From IMG/VR virus record IMGVR_UViG_3300020191_001397, positions 1-26,138 of that record: 26,138 nt of DNA; one strand, given 5' to 3'. A program made the translations under genes and the position numbers. How positions within the stretch are numbered: the stretch's first letter is position 1; each line of letters starts with the position of its first letter. Below the pieces are notes generated by a model. That model worked only from the letters and a program-made list of their open reading frames with translations. It did not search any database and was not told the origin of the DNA. Positions 24,815 to 26,138 of this stretch are shown piece by piece. The stretch comes from a virus (taxonomy: Duplodnaviria > Caudoviricetes).

Positions 24815-25739
24815 ACCTAATCAAGACTATCTTTGGTTAAATGGATTAGAAGAATATTTCCATGCAATTGATCATCCAGATAAAGAAAAAATTAAAGATA
24901 TTAAAGCCAGTATATTATATGGTAATCCTTATAAAATTCGTAACTTAATAATGAATGAAATTTATCGTGGGCCGCATGAACTAAGTGAAAAATTCTCTAA
25001 ATCTATAATGGCTTATTATTTGGATAACGAGCCAGGTAATGATCGTAGAGCACTACAATATATCAGTCATTGTATCGACGATGATTTTTTGCGTACAGCA
25101 AGTCGTTGGAGTATTAAGTGGCACAACTTGGTTAACTTAAATGATCACTTGAGTAGAGGACAAATACAAAGCAAATTTTGGATGTTAGATCATCTAAAAC
25201 CCGTATTACAAGAACGCAAAAAACAAGGATATGACGTCGATACTGTGGTGCATTATGGTGGCTGGTATGCAACAGTTGCCTGGTTTATTTTAAAAGAATT
25301 TGCAGATATCAAACAATATTTTAATTTAGAAGTAGATCATACATGTGTTGGGATCAGTGATGATTTTAATGAAGAATTTTATAATGATAGTTGGCGTTTT
25401 AAAGGCATCGGCATGGATGTAAATGATGTCAAGTGGAATAATCGATCATTTAAGGCATGGACACAAAATAAACAAAAAGAAAAAATCAAGTTAAAAATAG
25501 GACCACAACTAATTATTAACACTAGTTGTGAACACATGTCAGATGACTGGTTTTATAATTTACCCAAGGACATGTTAGTGTGTTTGCAAACTAATGATTA
25601 TTTTAGTAACGAGCAACACATAAATTGTGTAAACAACGTAGATGAAGCTCTTGAAAAATATAAATTTACACGTGTTTATTATAGTGGTGAATTAGACACA
25701 CAACTATATAAAAGGTTTATGATTATAGGCAGAACATGA
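24771..25739 (+). CDS. Class I SAM-dependent methyltransferase-like protein
   Basis: VVHYGGWYA (motif I-like), NLEVD, IINTSCEHM, LQTNDY and YKRFMIIG. The true start may be GTG 24804 (GGGAG at 24789-24793). Confidence 0.6.
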   Translation: MILTGYGSNLKVQNEPNQDYLWLNGLEEYFHAIDHPDKEKIKDIKASILYGNPYKIRNLIMNEIYRGPHELSEKFSKSIMAYYLDNEPGNDRRALQYISHCIDDDFLRTASRWSIKWHNLVNLNDHLSRGQIQSKFWMLDHLKPVLQERKKQGYDVDTVVHYGGWYATVAWFILKEFADIKQYFNLEVDHTCVGISDDFNEEFYNDSWRFKGIGMDVNDVKWNNRSFKAWTQNKQKEKIKLKIGPQLIINTSCEHMSDDWFYNLPKDMLVCLQTNDYFSNEQHINCVNNVDEALEKYKFTRVYYSGELDTQLYKRFMIIGRT

Positions 25740-25966
25740 TTGAAGATCTTTCATTAAGACAATTACAAACTGAAAGTGCTCGTGCATTAGTTGTTATGGG
25801 TGCAACTAATAATAATATCAGTCAGTTTAACAAAAAAGCTCACCATAATAGTCAGAATTGGTATAAGGCGGTTATTGAATGGTATGTAAATACATATGGA
25901 GGTTTACCAAGTCAGACTGGACCTGGTAAAACAGTAACTTTAATTATGGAGAGAGAACATGAGTGA
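25736..25966 (+). CDS. Small hypothetical protein
   Basis: 76 aa, ATGA-coupled to the upstream gene and overlapping the next start. LQTESARAL...AHHNSQNWY...YGGLPS. Confidence 0.6.
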   Translation: MIEDLSLRQLQTESARALVVMGATNNNISQFNKKAHHNSQNWYKAVIEWYVNTYGGLPSQTGPGKTVTLIMEREHE

Positions 25967-26138
25967 AACAATTACAGAATTACAAGCATGGCGTGAATTA
26001 ACTGATGTAAGAATGCAAACCAGTAACTGGAATCTAGATATATCAGTGACACAAGAAACAATGCAAGAAATAGTAGACGAAATCCATCGTCGAACACCGT
26101 GTAAACAAAATCAAGTAAATTTTGGAATGCACATTCTT
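25959..26138 (+). CDS. N-terminus of a possible nitroreductase-family (FMN-binding) protein; 3'-truncated by the window, not in the ORF track
   Basis: ATG 25959 with GGAG upstream, open to the window end: MSETITELQAWRELTDVRMQTSNWNLDISVTQETMQEIVDEIHRRTPCKQNQVNFGMHIL. The R...W...V..E.M..I...TPxxxN pattern matches the nitroreductase N-terminus. Confidence 0.5.
   Translation, partial: MSETITELQAWRELTDVRMQTSNWNLDISVTQETMQEIVDEIHRRTPCKQNQVNFGMHIL

Noticed and set aside
23927-25966. Small ORFs (60 aa and 76 aa) as RiPP precursors for the radical SAM enzymes
   Set aside because: They look like compact globular proteins with no leader/core pattern, and no RRE/PqqD domain, peptidase or exporter is seen.
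1-26138. Stop-codon recoding as in some large phages
   Set aside because: Standard-code ORFs tile the window almost completely, and TAA, TAG and TGA all end genes right at the next start.
1654-26138. Bacterial O-antigen/capsule locus
   Set aside because: No flippase, polymerase or export genes are present, and the cluster follows phage tail-type genes. Not fully excluded without the flanking sequence.

Overview
AT-rich, gene-dense window with about 30 genes, all on the + strand and mostly abutting or overlapping. It reads as part of a large (jumbo/huge) tailed-phage genome. It starts with the end of a tail/fibre module: a peptidase-G2-like autoproteolytic chaperone C-terminus and a 416-aa fibre-like protein with a (Gly-Tyr)9 tract. 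After a composite promoter at 1590-1643 comes a roughly 24.5 kb biosynthetic-type gene run. It holds 4-5 glycosyltransferase-like genes and four radical SAM enzymes with an N-terminal SPASM/twitch-like Cys domain. It also has a cobalamin-dependent radical SAM, an NDP-sugar tailoring set (SDR, UDP-glucose dehydrogenase-like, cupin, DegT aminotransferase, C-methyltransferase) and a sulfation set (two sulfotransferase-like genes, APS kinase, DUF2061, HxGH nucleotidyltransferase). Several enzymes are miniaturised and two look like catalytically dead paralogs. The best hypothesis is a phage-encoded pathway that makes and attaches an unusual methylated, aminated, sulfated glycan, probably to the virion. 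All calls come from motif recognition by eye, with no database search. No RNA genes, CRISPR arrays or mobile elements were seen.
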